Below the pieces are notes generated by a model. The model had not been told where the DNA came from, ran no database searches, and saw nothing but the letters and a program-made list of their open reading frames with translations. A DNA stretch of 64,000 nucleotides from an uncultured Candidatus Saccharibacteria bacterium (GTDB lineage: Bacteria; Patescibacteriota; UBA1384; XYA2-FULL-43-10; 1-14-0-10-43-13): contig CAZVMH010000002.1 in the NCBI GenBank assembly GCA_964628585.1, positions 33,751 through 97,750 on the forward strand, given 5' to 3'. Every line of letters begins with the position of its first letter. The stretch's first letter is position 1. The position numbers were made by a program, and so were the translations under genes. Positions 1-9,261 of this stretch are shown here, one piece after another.

Positions 1-128
1 TTATCATACGGAAAAAAGACTAAAAGGCCAAGATGTGATCAAAAGGATCGAATTGGAAAAATTTTGTCGTAAAGATAATAAGCGAACATTGCACAAAGAA
101 ACCAAATAATCAGCATGCACTGATTCTT

Positions 129-202
129 AGGGGCATAGTTAAATGGTATAACGAGGGTCTCCAAAACCTTTATTAGGGGTTCGATTCCTCTTGCCCCTGC
201 CA
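129..202 (+). tRNA. trnW: tRNA-Trp (anticodon CCA), encoded 3' CCA
   Basis: Manual cloverleaf: acceptor AGGGGCA/TGCCCCT, D-arm GTTA-AATGGTA-TAAC, anticodon arm AGGGT-CTCCAAA-ACCTT (U33, CCA at 34-36, A37), 4-nt variable, T-arm AGGGG-TTCGATT-CCTCT, discriminator G, CCA. Confidence 0.85.
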
Positions 203-234
203 AAAAAATCTCAGATAATTCTGAGATTTTTTTG
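203..234. terminator. Bidirectional rho-independent terminator (stem ATCTCAGA/TCTGAGAT, loop TAAT, flanked by A-run and T-run)
   Basis: Perfect 8-bp hairpin with a poly-A/poly-T flank, between the tRNA (+) and a minus-strand CDS. Confidence 0.8.
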
Positions 235-717
235 TTAGTTTTCTAAAGTATCTTGTAACTGGTTTTGCAACTGCTCCACATCATTCATATTGTTTATTTC
301 AGCCGAATTAAGATATTTCTCAACAAGTTTTAGCTCCCAATATGAAATTAGATAAAATGCGACAACTGAGATGATCATCCCATAAATTGCATAACTGTCC
401 CATTTTTTCTGAACAAGTAGGAAATGGTTAAAGGAATGCCATTTTCGTTGTTTCCAAGCTCTTCTTCTGGAAAAAATAGGAAGTATAAAAATGAGAGGAA
501 AAAATATAAGTGAGGAAAGTATTGAAAACCAAAAAAATGTTTTATCTTTCATTTGCCAGAAGTAAACAACAGAAAAAAACAATGCCGACAAAGAGTATCT
601 ACTCAAATATTTTTCCTGTTCTTCGGGAGATGGGTCAATGGGGCTATAACCCTCTTTTTCTGCGATAATAGCGTTAAATTTTGAATCAATTTTTGTTTGA
701 TCAATATCTGCTTGCAT
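235..717 (-). CDS. Hypothetical membrane protein (160 aa, three predicted TM helices)
   Basis: ORF with hydrophobic segments; no recognisable family. Confidence 0.45.
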   Translation of the reverse strand: MQADIDQTKIDSKFNAIIAEKEGYSPIDPSPEEQEKYLSRYSLSALFFSVVYFWQMKDKTFFWFSILSSLIFFPLIFILPIFSRRRAWKQRKWHSFNHFLLVQKKWDSYAIYGMIISVVAFYLISYWELKLVEKYLNSAEINNMNDVEQLQNQLQDTLEN

Positions 718-773
718 AACTCTATTATATGCAAAAATAGGTTTTATAAATAGGTACTTTTAAAGATGCTTGT

Positions 774-2537
774 TTATAGTTGTGAATTGATTTCAGAAAG
801 AGCCTGATTAATTGGCAAGACAGTTAATCCGCTTGTTGATAGTGCTGCCATTTGAGCATTAAAGTTGGCAGGAGTTGTTTCATATTGGGTCGGGCTGGTT
901 CCAATTCTATGGTATACAATTACTAACCAAGTTTTGTCTTGTTTTGCTTTTTGCACCCACGTATTGAATTCTGCAAGAGTAGTGGTGTTGGTCATATTTT
1001 GAACCCGAATATTGTAGGAATTAAAATTATCTTTTGAATTATAACCCTCGTCTGTGCTTCTGTGGGAGCTATAATATTTTTTTATTTCAGTAATTACTCT
1101 AGTATCGTATTCCCCATATGGAGTAGCAAAACTTTTTATTGTGCCAGATCCAATAATTCCTTCTAAATATGTTTTAGAAGTTGAAAGTTCATTATCTATT
1201 TGGCCCGTGGTCAGTGTCATTAGATGGGGATGGGTAATTGAATGGGATCCAATTTCGTGACCGGCGGTTGCGAAAGCTTTTATTTTATATATTTGATCAG
1301 TCTGACTTTGAAGGTATGTGGTGGCTAAATATTGAGTCGATTTAAAACCGTATTGATTAATCACCGGTAAAACTGAAGTATAATTGTCTTCCCAGCCGTC
1401 ATCAAAAGTTAGTGTTACAAGGGGGCGATTGAACCCAACAATTGTATGAGCAGTTACGCAATAATCATCTGTAATTAGAAAACCAACAGAAGAAATAAAA
1501 TGCAAAACAGTAAATTGTTTTACTCCAATAGGAATTGTAAAGACATCAGAATATTTTTTCCAACCACTCGATGGGTCTGCACTGCCAAGACCGATGTATT
1601 CTTCACTACCATTATTTTTTATTAACCTAACTGCAATTTGAGTCGTCACATTAGATTGGTAATAATCTGTAAACAAGTAGTCGCCAGGCACGGCAGTCTG
1701 GGGGTTATAAGCCCATTTAGCATCACCGTCGGTGTAACTTGTCATTTGAACTTTTACACTGTGAGAGCCAGTGTAACCAGTACTCAAATAGCTGAATTGG
1801 GCGGTATTGGTGCCCCACTTTTCCGTTTGCCAGTCCAAGGGAGTGGCTCCGTTTGTATTTTGTTCAACAGAACTATTTGGAATGATATTGGTGGTTACCG
1901 GTGGAACAGGAGGTACGGGTGGAAGTGGTGGTTCTGGCGGAGTCGGAGGGGTTGGAGGAGTTGGTGGCTCTGGGGGAGCTGGAGGAGTAATTATATCCTT
2001 TTCGCCAAAATAAAAATTATCCGTTGTTAAATATCCAACTTTATTAATCAAGTGTAAAATAGTAACTTTGCTGGCATTTGTTGGAGCAGTAAAATTAAAG
2101 CTAGCGTTTTTCCATGTTGTTGATTTGGCAACTGTGCCGAGTTGAATATATGATTCTTTACCTGTTTGATCAAAAATTCTGGCAACAACCTTGGTTTGGA
2201 CTGAAGACTTATAATAATCACTAAAAATATAAACCTTGTTTGGTGTTACAGAGATTGGATCAAAGTACCATTTAGCATCTCCGTTTTTAAACGAAGTCAT
2301 ATTAATATTTAAGCTTTTTGTTCCATCCTGTGAACCGCTTGTTTGGTATGAGAATGTTGCTTTGTTGGTGCCCCAGCGTTCCGTTTTCCAGTTTAAAGGT
2401 GATTTTAAATCGGCAGTACTTGATTCTACTGAAGAATTTAATATTAAATTTGCGCTTTGTGCTTGAACGCTCTGAGTCACACAAAAACTACCCAATAAGA
2501 TTAACAACCCTGTCAGGGTAAAAAATAGTTTTTTCAT
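774..2537 (-). CDS. Secreted polysaccharide deacetylase (NodB homology domain) with two N-terminal carbohydrate-binding-module-like beta-sandwich repeats and a Pro-rich linker
   Basis: Signal peptide MKKLFFTLTGLLILLGSFCVTQSVQA. Duplicated 'W.TE.WGTN.A.FSY...GDAKWY' modules. Linker PPAPPEPPTPPTPPTPPEPPLPPVPPVPP. NodB motifs TFDDGW and HSITHPHL. Confidence 0.8.
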   Translation of the reverse strand: MKKLFFTLTGLLILLGSFCVTQSVQAQSANLILNSSVESSTADLKSPLNWKTERWGTNKATFSYQTSGSQDGTKSLNINMTSFKNGDAKWYFDPISVTPNKVYIFSDYYKSSVQTKVVARIFDQTGKESYIQLGTVAKSTTWKNASFNFTAPTNASKVTILHLINKVGYLTTDNFYFGEKDIITPPAPPEPPTPPTPPTPPEPPLPPVPPVPPVTTNIIPNSSVEQNTNGATPLDWQTEKWGTNTAQFSYLSTGYTGSHSVKVQMTSYTDGDAKWAYNPQTAVPGDYLFTDYYQSNVTTQIAVRLIKNNGSEEYIGLGSADPSSGWKKYSDVFTIPIGVKQFTVLHFISSVGFLITDDYCVTAHTIVGFNRPLVTLTFDDGWEDNYTSVLPVINQYGFKSTQYLATTYLQSQTDQIYKIKAFATAGHEIGSHSITHPHLMTLTTGQIDNELSTSKTYLEGIIGSGTIKSFATPYGEYDTRVITEIKKYYSSHRSTDEGYNSKDNFNSYNIRVQNMTNTTTLAEFNTWVQKAKQDKTWLVIVYHRIGTSPTQYETTPANFNAQMAALSTSGLTVLPINQALSEINSQL

Positions 2538-2586
2538 TTTTTCCTCCGCTATACTAATAAATTTAATTTATGAAAATTAATACAGT

Positions 2587-3858
2587 CTAATAATTGTACT
2601 GAGAACGAAGATGGGTGCGATGCAAACGCCGATTTACCAATAATACTAAAATTAAAAACAAAAAATTTGAAGTCATATAGAGTTTGCTTAAAAGGTTTGT
2701 GCCCATGATCGAGTTTATTAAAGACTCAAATTTTTTCTTTGAAAAAATAAAACCAGTCGATTTTAAACTTTGGTCAAAACTGGCGTTTGTCTGTTTGGGA
2801 ACGGTTGTATTTTCTACAGAACTTTCTTTTTGCTCATTCAATACTTGGTCATCCACATTTTCTACTACCAACTGAAAGCTCTTAGAACCCTTTTTGTTGA
2901 TAGATTCAGAAGATTTGCTACTACCAGTTGAGGGTGTATTTGTGGTAGTTGAGCTAGGAGTGCTTGTGCCATTTACACCATTTGAAAAGGCAATTCTTGA
3001 TTTTTCACTAGAATTAATTCTCCAGTCAGTCTCTTTGTTAATTGAAAACCAAGTAAAGCCCTGAATTCTTGTAAATTTATTTCGCAAGTCAGAAAACATT
3101 GCTGTTATCCAAGCTGCTTTATCGCCACCGCTTTCAGCAGAAGCAACTTCCATAATCAGAACATTTTTAGAAGATATGCTGGTAATCTCATTGTATGATT
3201 GTCCAAAAACTTCTGAAAATGATTGCCAGACACTCCATGACTGGGTTGTACCCCAGTTATAGCCATCTAGCCCGACAAAATCAACATACTCATCTCCAGG
3301 GTATATCTGACCATACGAACAGGGATCACCGTAAAAACGAACATTCGGTGACCATATCCATGATACATTTGTGACTCCATTATTTCGAAAACGATTTATA
3401 ACATATCGCCAGAAAGTCTTATGACTTTCTGTTGTGTTTCCATTGTTTGTTACTCCCCAAGGAGCCCACTCCGAATTCATTTCTGGAGCAAGGCTTATTC
3501 TGACCGGGGAACCAAAACTTTTTACGCTAGCCGAAAATTGATCGAGGTATGCATCATATTGACCTGCCGTAACATTATCATACGAGACGCCATTGCCTCC
3601 TATTTGGGGTTGCCATGTTAGTTCAGGAATACAACCGTGATCAGAAAATCTCTTGGCTATATCAACATAAAAAGGGTCCGACCAATCTTCGTACCATTTA
3701 CATGAGTTAAATTTTACTCCCAGGTCTGTTTCAAATCGACTCAAAACAGAGATATCAGAAGAAGAGTTCGGGAGAAAAATATTTGATTCCAAATTCCTAC
3801 CTTGTGTGTGAGGTGTTTTTATTGCAGTAGCAACAACCAAAATGGCAACTAAAAACAA
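2587..3858 (-). CDS. Secreted glycoside hydrolase, clan GH-A-like (GH26/GH5-like), with a C-terminal Ser/Thr-rich tail
   Basis: N-terminal signal/TM. Candidate acid/base and nucleophile glutamates in 'LAPEMNSEW' and 'LIMEVASAE', with aromatic-rich (beta/alpha)8-like spacing. Family assignment is tentative. Confidence 0.5.
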   Translation of the reverse strand: MFLVAILVVATAIKTPHTQGRNLESNIFLPNSSSDISVLSRFETDLGVKFNSCKWYEDWSDPFYVDIAKRFSDHGCIPELTWQPQIGGNGVSYDNVTAGQYDAYLDQFSASVKSFGSPVRISLAPEMNSEWAPWGVTNNGNTTESHKTFWRYVINRFRNNGVTNVSWIWSPNVRFYGDPCSYGQIYPGDEYVDFVGLDGYNWGTTQSWSVWQSFSEVFGQSYNEITSISSKNVLIMEVASAESGGDKAAWITAMFSDLRNKFTRIQGFTWFSINKETDWRINSSEKSRIAFSNGVNGTSTPSSTTTNTPSTGSSKSSESINKKGSKSFQLVVENVDDQVLNEQKESSVENTTVPKQTNASFDQSLKSTGFIFSKKKFESLINSIMGTNLLSKLYMTSNFLFLILVLLVNRRLHRTHLRSQYNY

Positions 3859-3951
3859 AACACGGAAAAGAGCTTTATTGATATACCCTCCAAAAACCCT
3901 CCTTGGTTTTCTAGATCAAGAATATAATGACACGGTAGCCGGTGTCAAGTT

Positions 3952-4983
3952 TTATGAAGCAGTAGGCGCAACCGAGTATCTATTAACTTTGTTCCAAAGA
4001 AGATTTTTCTTATCTCCAAATAGAACTCTAAAAATAGAATAATAGAAACAAAATATATTAATACAATAAAAAATCGAGAAAAGAGGGATAAAGGGGATAA
4101 TCCAATATTTTTTTTCAATGAATGAAACCAGTAGGGCAATAGCAGAAATTGTTATAAGGGTAGCTACAAATAAATGAATAAAAATAAGTGGACGCATAAT
4201 AGCAAGCGCGAAAGTAAGAATCCAAAGCATGTTATCAAAAAGTAAAAAATAAAGTTCTAAATTAAATTTTGAATTTGGTTTATAGAGTTTATGTAAAAAA
4301 ATGTTTTGCCAAGTTCCTGTATTCCAACGCAAAACTTGCTTCCAATAGTCTTTAAAAGTCATTGGGTCTTGGGTCGTAACAACAGCAAGAGGCGCATAGA
4401 TAATCTGACCCAATTTTTTCTTATGAATTTGAATTGTGAGGTCAAAGTCTTCAGTTAAAGTTGAGCTTTGTAGATCAAGTTTTTCTAAAACATCACTTCT
4501 ATAAAGAGAGGCGCAACCAGGCGCGACAGTAACTGCACTAATAAAATTTTGAGCGGCTTTATAAATTTTGTGAGAAACACAGTATTCATAGGTACGGAAT
4601 GCGCTAATTAATCCTTTTCTGTCAGAAGTCACTGTACCAACGATTAGAGCGGGTTTTTGTTTTTTATATTTTTTAATTTCACTCATGAAATTTTCAGACA
4701 AACGACTGTCGGCATCAGAAAAAAGAACGTATGAATATCGTTTTGTTAAATTGCGACTCTTTATTAATTTTTTTAGTGCCGTTGCTTTTCCGCAATTGTT
4801 CCTAAGATTCATTACGTTCACATTGGCTTTTTTTGCAATAGACGCAGTTTTGTCAGTTGAGCCGTCACTTACAACAAAAATATCATCAGGACTCAGAACT
4901 TTTTTCATAGCCTGCAATGATGCGCCAATTACTTCCTCTTCGTTTAGAGCGGGAACAACAACACAGAAAGTTTTTTTAGCCAT
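3952..4983 (-). CDS. Family-2 glycosyltransferase, processive synthase type (PgaC/IcaA/cellulose-synthase-like), with C-terminal TM helices
   Basis: GT-A motifs VVPALNEEE, SDGSTD and DADS (DxD); Q(V/L)xRW motif 'KQVLRW'; C-terminal hydrophobic helices. ATG at 4983 preferred over the upstream TTG at 5028. Confidence 0.8.
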   Translation of the reverse strand: MAKKTFCVVVPALNEEEVIGASLQAMKKVLSPDDIFVVSDGSTDKTASIAKKANVNVMNLRNNCGKATALKKLIKSRNLTKRYSYVLFSDADSRLSENFMSEIKKYKKQKPALIVGTVTSDRKGLISAFRTYEYCVSHKIYKAAQNFISAVTVAPGCASLYRSDVLEKLDLQSSTLTEDFDLTIQIHKKKLGQIIYAPLAVVTTQDPMTFKDYWKQVLRWNTGTWQNIFLHKLYKPNSKFNLELYFLLFDNMLWILTFALAIMRPLIFIHLFVATLITISAIALLVSFIEKKYWIIPFIPLFSIFYCINIFCFYYSIFRVLFGDKKNLLWNKVNRYSVAPTAS

Positions 4984-5332
4984 TTTTATGAAGCAATTTT
5001 CTGTATGATTTTCTAAAGAAAACCACAACGCTTGCTACAGCTGCGATTAAAATGTGACCTCCGAAGCTTGGTCCACCCATAGGTAGGTTGTACATAAGTT
5101 CCTTTCGAACAAAACTTGTTAATAAAAAATGAGGGGGAAAACCCTCATTTAATCCGATGGTTTGCATAGTACACTCATTAGATCTTTTTGTCAACAATGA
5201 AAAAAATATTTTAAAAAATAGTTAATACTTTTTCATACTTTTTTAAAACATGGCATATGGAAAATATTTGCTATTTAAAATTATTAAGTCCTGCTATTGA
5301 CAAAACTTATTTCTTTTGGTAAACAATGACTA

Positions 5333-7027
5333 ATGATTAAGAAATTACTTTTATTGATATGTCTAATCGCCTTGCCCTTTTGCGGACTAGATTTTTCACG
5401 TGCTTTTGCAGCCAATCCAAATCTAATTGCCAATCCCTCTGTAGAAACATTGGACTCAACTAAACTTTCTCCAGTCGATTGGTCTTTTAATAGTTGGGGA
5501 ACGAACACAACAACTCATAGCGTTACTACTACTTCACGACAAGACGGAGTGCGGAGTGTTACTATTAATATGCTAAGACGTACAAGTGGTGATGCTAAGT
5601 GGTATTTTAAACCAGTATCAGTTTCTGGGGGCACAGAATACACCTATACTGACTACTACCATTCTAATATTCCAACTGAATTGGTGGTTCAATTTACTCA
5701 TCAGGGCGGAAGAGTCACTTATCAGAGTTTGGGAACGGTTCAAAAAAATCTGGGCTGGGGCAAGTCAGATTTTTCTTTCACCACACCCCAATATGCAATA
5801 AAGGCAACTGTATTTCACTTAATTAATAAAATCGGATACTTGGGAATTGATAATTGTTATCTTGGCAAGAAAGAACCTACACTCCCAACTCCACCAGTAG
5901 TAATTACAGATAATGTCCCAAATAATTCAGTTGAAGAATCTGTTAACTCAGAACCCCGAGACTGGCTAAAAGGCGGATGGGGCAACAATACTGCAACTCT
6001 TTCATATTTAAATGAAGGACACACAGGAACAAAAAGTTTAAAAACTGAAATCACCAATTATGTCGATGGTGACGCCAAATGGTATTTTACTCCACAAAAA
6101 TTGCTTCCAAATACTACTTACCAATTTTCTGATTTTTATAAATCAGATGTTGCTAGTAGCGTTGTCCTACAAATAGATAAAACAGATGGTACAACTAGCT
6201 ATCAATATTTGAAAAATGCCGAGGTAGCTTCTGTTTGGACACAATACAAAGACACTTTTACAACACCAGCCGACGTTTCTACTTTAACTGTTTTCCATCT
6301 GATCGCTTCAGTAGGTTTTTTAATAACTGACGATTTTTCAATAACTCCTTTTGTTGCTCCTGCTTTCAACCAGCCAATAATTGCCATAACTTTCGACGAT
6401 GGTTGGGAATCGCAATACACAAACGGTCTATCAATTCTTTCAAAATATCAGATATTGGCTACATACTATTTAACTTCAAGTTTTCTTGAGCAACCAGAAT
6501 ATTTAACAAAACTAGAAGTGAACTCTCTCAAAATGTCTGGTGGTGAAATTGCTTCTCATTCTGTGACTCATCCATTTTTAACACAGTTGCCTTTGTCACA
6601 AATGCTCTCTGAATTAACTCAGTCTAAAAATGATTTAGAAAATGATTTTGGTAAAATTAACAGTTTCTCTGTTCCTTACGACGATTATAACGATACAGTA
6701 ATTAATTCAATTAAAACTCTTTATTCATCTGCTCGTATTTCTGACACAGGGTATAATAATCTAAATAATTTTGATGCGTACAGACTTAAAACTCAAAATA
6801 TTTCAAGTACTACAACTGTAACTGAATTAAATAGTTGGATTGCGGAAGCAAAAGTCAGCAAAAGTTTGCTAGTGCTTCTTTATCACCAAGTAGACAATAA
6901 TGGTGGAGCTTATAGTGTAACTCCAGAAAACTTTGATCTTCAAATGTCTGCCATCAAATCAAGCGGGATTAAAACCAGTACTATCAGCCAAGCCATGGCA
7001 GAGCTAACTCCACAATTAATAAAGTAA
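5333..7027 (+). CDS. Secreted polysaccharide deacetylase (NodB) with two CBM-like repeats; paralog of 774..2537
   Basis: Signal peptide. 'W.FNSWGTN...GDAKWYF' modules twice. NodB motifs ITFDDGW and HSVTHPFL. Same architecture as the first deacetylase but without the PP linker. Confidence 0.8.
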   Translation: MIKKLLLLICLIALPFCGLDFSRAFAANPNLIANPSVETLDSTKLSPVDWSFNSWGTNTTTHSVTTTSRQDGVRSVTINMLRRTSGDAKWYFKPVSVSGGTEYTYTDYYHSNIPTELVVQFTHQGGRVTYQSLGTVQKNLGWGKSDFSFTTPQYAIKATVFHLINKIGYLGIDNCYLGKKEPTLPTPPVVITDNVPNNSVEESVNSEPRDWLKGGWGNNTATLSYLNEGHTGTKSLKTEITNYVDGDAKWYFTPQKLLPNTTYQFSDFYKSDVASSVVLQIDKTDGTTSYQYLKNAEVASVWTQYKDTFTTPADVSTLTVFHLIASVGFLITDDFSITPFVAPAFNQPIIAITFDDGWESQYTNGLSILSKYQILATYYLTSSFLEQPEYLTKLEVNSLKMSGGEIASHSVTHPFLTQLPLSQMLSELTQSKNDLENDFGKINSFSVPYDDYNDTVINSIKTLYSSARISDTGYNNLNNFDAYRLKTQNISSTTTVTELNSWIAEAKVSKSLLVLLYHQVDNNGGAYSVTPENFDLQMSAIKSSGIKTSTISQAMAELTPQLIK

Positions 7028-7043
7028 TTTTTCAGACAAATAT

Positions 7044-7077
7044 TAAAAAACGGCTGTCACTAAGCCGTTTTTTTTTG
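7044..7077 (+). terminator. Rho-independent terminator (AACGGCT...AGCCGTT plus T9)
   Basis: 7-bp GC-containing stem followed by a T-run immediately after the deacetylase stop. Confidence 0.75.
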
Positions 7078-7149
7078 TGTTATAATATTTTAAAATTTCG
7101 GTTGCATATCATAACTCCTCATACTTTTTATACCTCGAAGTTCGCAATA

Positions 7150-7179
7150 TTGACACGCTAATTTTTACAGGTTTATACT
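7150..7179 (+). promoter_or_regulatory. Sigma70-like promoter: -35 TTGACA, 17/18-nt spacer, -10 T(T)ATACT
   Basis: Consensus -35 hexamer with appropriately spaced A/T-rich -10 upstream of the SipW/TasA-like operon. Confidence 0.5.
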
Positions 7180-7240
7180 AATCAAGGTGATAAAAATTAA
7201 TCGCTAGGGTTAACAATGAAAAAAATAGCGAAGTATATCA

Positions 7241-7281
7241 AAAAATAACTAAGACGAATTTTTGTCTTAGTTATTTTTTTA
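7241..7281 (+). terminator. Intrinsic terminator/attenuator hairpin in the operon leader (11-bp stem ATAACTAAGAC/GTCTTAGTTAT, T7 tail)
   Basis: Perfect 11-bp stem with a U-tract, about 70 nt upstream of the first operon gene and downstream of the putative promoter. A 10-codon mini-ORF (MKKIAKYIKK) precedes it. Confidence 0.55.
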
Positions 7282-7352
7282 GAACGGACTTCCATTGAGG
7301 AGGGTCGATGGTCCGTCGCGTCATAGAACATTAAAAATAAAGAAGGAGGGGA

Positions 7353-7877
7353 ATGTTAAAAAAGTTATTATTTGTGATTGCTTTAGTAGCAGTCGGTGCC
7401 GGTTCGTATGGAATCGCCCGAGCATACTTTAGTAGCTTAACACCCGCTAATGCAACTGAAACATTTACTGCTGGGACAATCAGCATTAGTCTCGAAAGGA
7501 ATGATGCCAATAGCTCAGCATCAATTGGATTAACTAATTGGATGCCAGGAGACGAGGCATGGGTAGCATATGATGTGAGAAATACCAGTACAGTGCCAGT
7601 GACATTAACCGGGTATATTAACGGTACTTGGGGCGCTCCTTTAGGTGATCAAATGGTTCATGTTGTAGCTGCACAGTACTGGGATGGTTCAACTTGGCAG
7701 AACATGGCTGCTCCGAATGGCACATTTTCTTACGCTGGTCCGGTACCTGCAAACGGTGGGATAGTAACGATGAGAATGAAAGCAAGGTTTGAATCAGAAG
7801 CAGGAAATGATTTTCAGGGAAAAACATACACGGCTAGTATCTTTGTTACGGCACATCAAATAGGCGAGCCAATTTAA
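7353..7877 (+). CDS. TasA/camelysin-like secreted protein with SipW-cognate-class signal peptide
   Basis: N-terminus MLKKLLFVIALVAVGAGSYGIARAYFSSLTPANATETFTAGT (AYFS...N..F.AGT signature); strong RBS AAGGAGGGG. Confidence 0.7.
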   Translation: MLKKLLFVIALVAVGAGSYGIARAYFSSLTPANATETFTAGTISISLERNDANSSASIGLTNWMPGDEAWVAYDVRNTSTVPVTLTGYINGTWGAPLGDQMVHVVAAQYWDGSTWQNMAAPNGTFSYAGPVPANGGIVTMRMKARFESEAGNDFQGKTYTASIFVTAHQIGEPI

Positions 7878-8047
7878 ATTGATAGGTTTAAAAATTGACT
7901 TTCTAAATCCCGACAGAACTTTGTCGGGATAAGTGAGAAACAATTAGTAAGGTGAGGTCGATACCTTATATACAAAATTAATTCACTCTGTGAAATAATT
8001 CGCAAAGCGGATTTGAAGAACAATTTCACTAGGGTAAAGGAGTAATT

Positions 8048-8599
8048 ATGTTTAAAATAGTAAAAAGTTTAGTTTTAGTTTTTGCTTTTGTAGTAATGAC
8101 AGCTGGTGCAACGCAGGCTGTATTTACAAGCCAAGCTTCAGTTGTCGGCAATACCTTTGCTACAGGCAGTTTAGAAATTAGAATCAACGGTCAGGCAAGC
8201 ATACCAGGCTTTAATGTTACAAATGCTGCTCCTGGACAATCACAATCAGGGCAATTTGGTGTTAATAACTATGGTCAACCCTGGTTTGCTGGTCCTTCAA
8301 CATTGGCTGCAAAAGATTTAACAATTTCAGCAGTTATGACGGGTGGAGACGCAAGCCTTTTTAACAAGTTAGACGTAGTTGTTGAGGCTAATCGAGGATG
8401 GCCAACTTGGATGCCAGTTTATAGCGGTCCTCTTTCTGGTTTAGCTAACGCTGACTTATTGGATGATCGTTGGTCAGAGCTTATTGCTGGAAGTTCAGAA
8501 GATGTTCGTTATACAGTAACTTTGCCGTTGGATGCTGATGATTCATATCAAGGGCTTTCAACAACTTTCGATTTTGTAGTTGATGCTGCTTCAAGCTAA
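8048..8599 (+). CDS. TasA/camelysin-like secreted protein with SipW-cognate-class signal peptide
   Basis: N-terminus ...MTAGATQAVFTSQASVVGNTFATGSLEIRING; RBS AAGGAG; followed by a GTCCCGATG...CATCGGGAC hairpin. Confidence 0.7.
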   Translation: MFKIVKSLVLVFAFVVMTAGATQAVFTSQASVVGNTFATGSLEIRINGQASIPGFNVTNAAPGQSQSGQFGVNNYGQPWFAGPSTLAAKDLTISAVMTGGDASLFNKLDVVVEANRGWPTWMPVYSGPLSGLANADLLDDRWSELIAGSSEDVRYTVTLPLDADDSYQGLSTTFDFVVDAASS

Positions 8600-8655
8600 G
8601 GGTTTTTAGTCCCGATGTAACATCGGGACAATAAAGCTTTTAATTTAAGGAAAAA

Positions 8656-9261
8656 ATGAAAATTTACAAAATTTTAACCTATCTGATTTACTCGCTACTA
8701 ATTATTTGTTGTCTTCTTTTAATATTATCCCGTTTTTCAATATCCGGAGTCAGGCTTTTTTCAGTTCAGTCGGGGTCAATGGAGCCAGAAATTAAAACTG
8801 GTAGTATGGTTGTTGTAAAAACTGCTTCGAATTATAACCTAAACGATGTTATTACTTATTATGATCGTACAGATAGTAAAAAAACTGTTACTCATAGAAT
8901 AGTGGACAAGAAAACAACTGGCAGTATAGAACAAATTATTACAAAAGGTGATGCCAATGGTTCAAATGATTCAATTGCAATAACTAAAGATCAAATTATA
9001 GGAAAAGTGCATTTTTCAATTCGATATCTCGGTTATCTTGTTGGTGCGGCAAAAACAACGGTTGGTTTTATTATTTTAATTGTGATCCCAGCCACAATTA
9101 TTATTTATGAAGAAATAAAAAAAATCCATCACGAAACAAAACATATTATTAAAAGAAGACGCGAAAGAAAATTAAACAAGGAATTAGATAAAAACAAAAA
9201 CAATTTAGAAAATGAAAAAATGGTTGATAATATAAAAGGAGAAAACAATGAAACTTCTTAA
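8656..9261 (+). CDS. sipW: Signal peptidase I, archaeal/eukaryotic type (SipW-like), with a C-terminal TM and a KE-rich tail
   Basis: N-terminal TM, then catalytic-region motif 'SGSMEPEIKTGSMVVVK' typical of SipW-type S26 peptidases; C-terminal TM and basic tail. Confidence 0.75.
   Translation: MKIYKILTYLIYSLLIICCLLLILSRFSISGVRLFSVQSGSMEPEIKTGSMVVVKTASNYNLNDVITYYDRTDSKKTVTHRIVDKKTTGSIEQIITKGDANGSNDSIAITKDQIIGKVHFSIRYLGYLVGAAKTTVGFIILIVIPATIIIYEEIKKIHHETKHIIKRRRERKLNKELDKNKNNLENEKMVDNIKGENNETS

Noticed and set aside
1638-2030. Plus-strand ORFs (130 aa and 68 aa, GGTGGTGGSGG...) overlapping the deacetylase gene
   Set aside because: They are the antisense reading of the Pro/Thr-rich linker codons of the minus-strand deacetylase; a repeat artefact with no RBS
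4976-5197. 73-aa minus-strand ORF overlapping the GT2 start
   Set aside because: It overlaps the better-supported GT2 N-terminus, has no RBS, and its composition is atypical; likely spurious
5284-5508. 74-aa minus-strand ORF overlapping the start of the second deacetylase
   Set aside because: Antisense to a well-supported signal-peptide-encoding gene start
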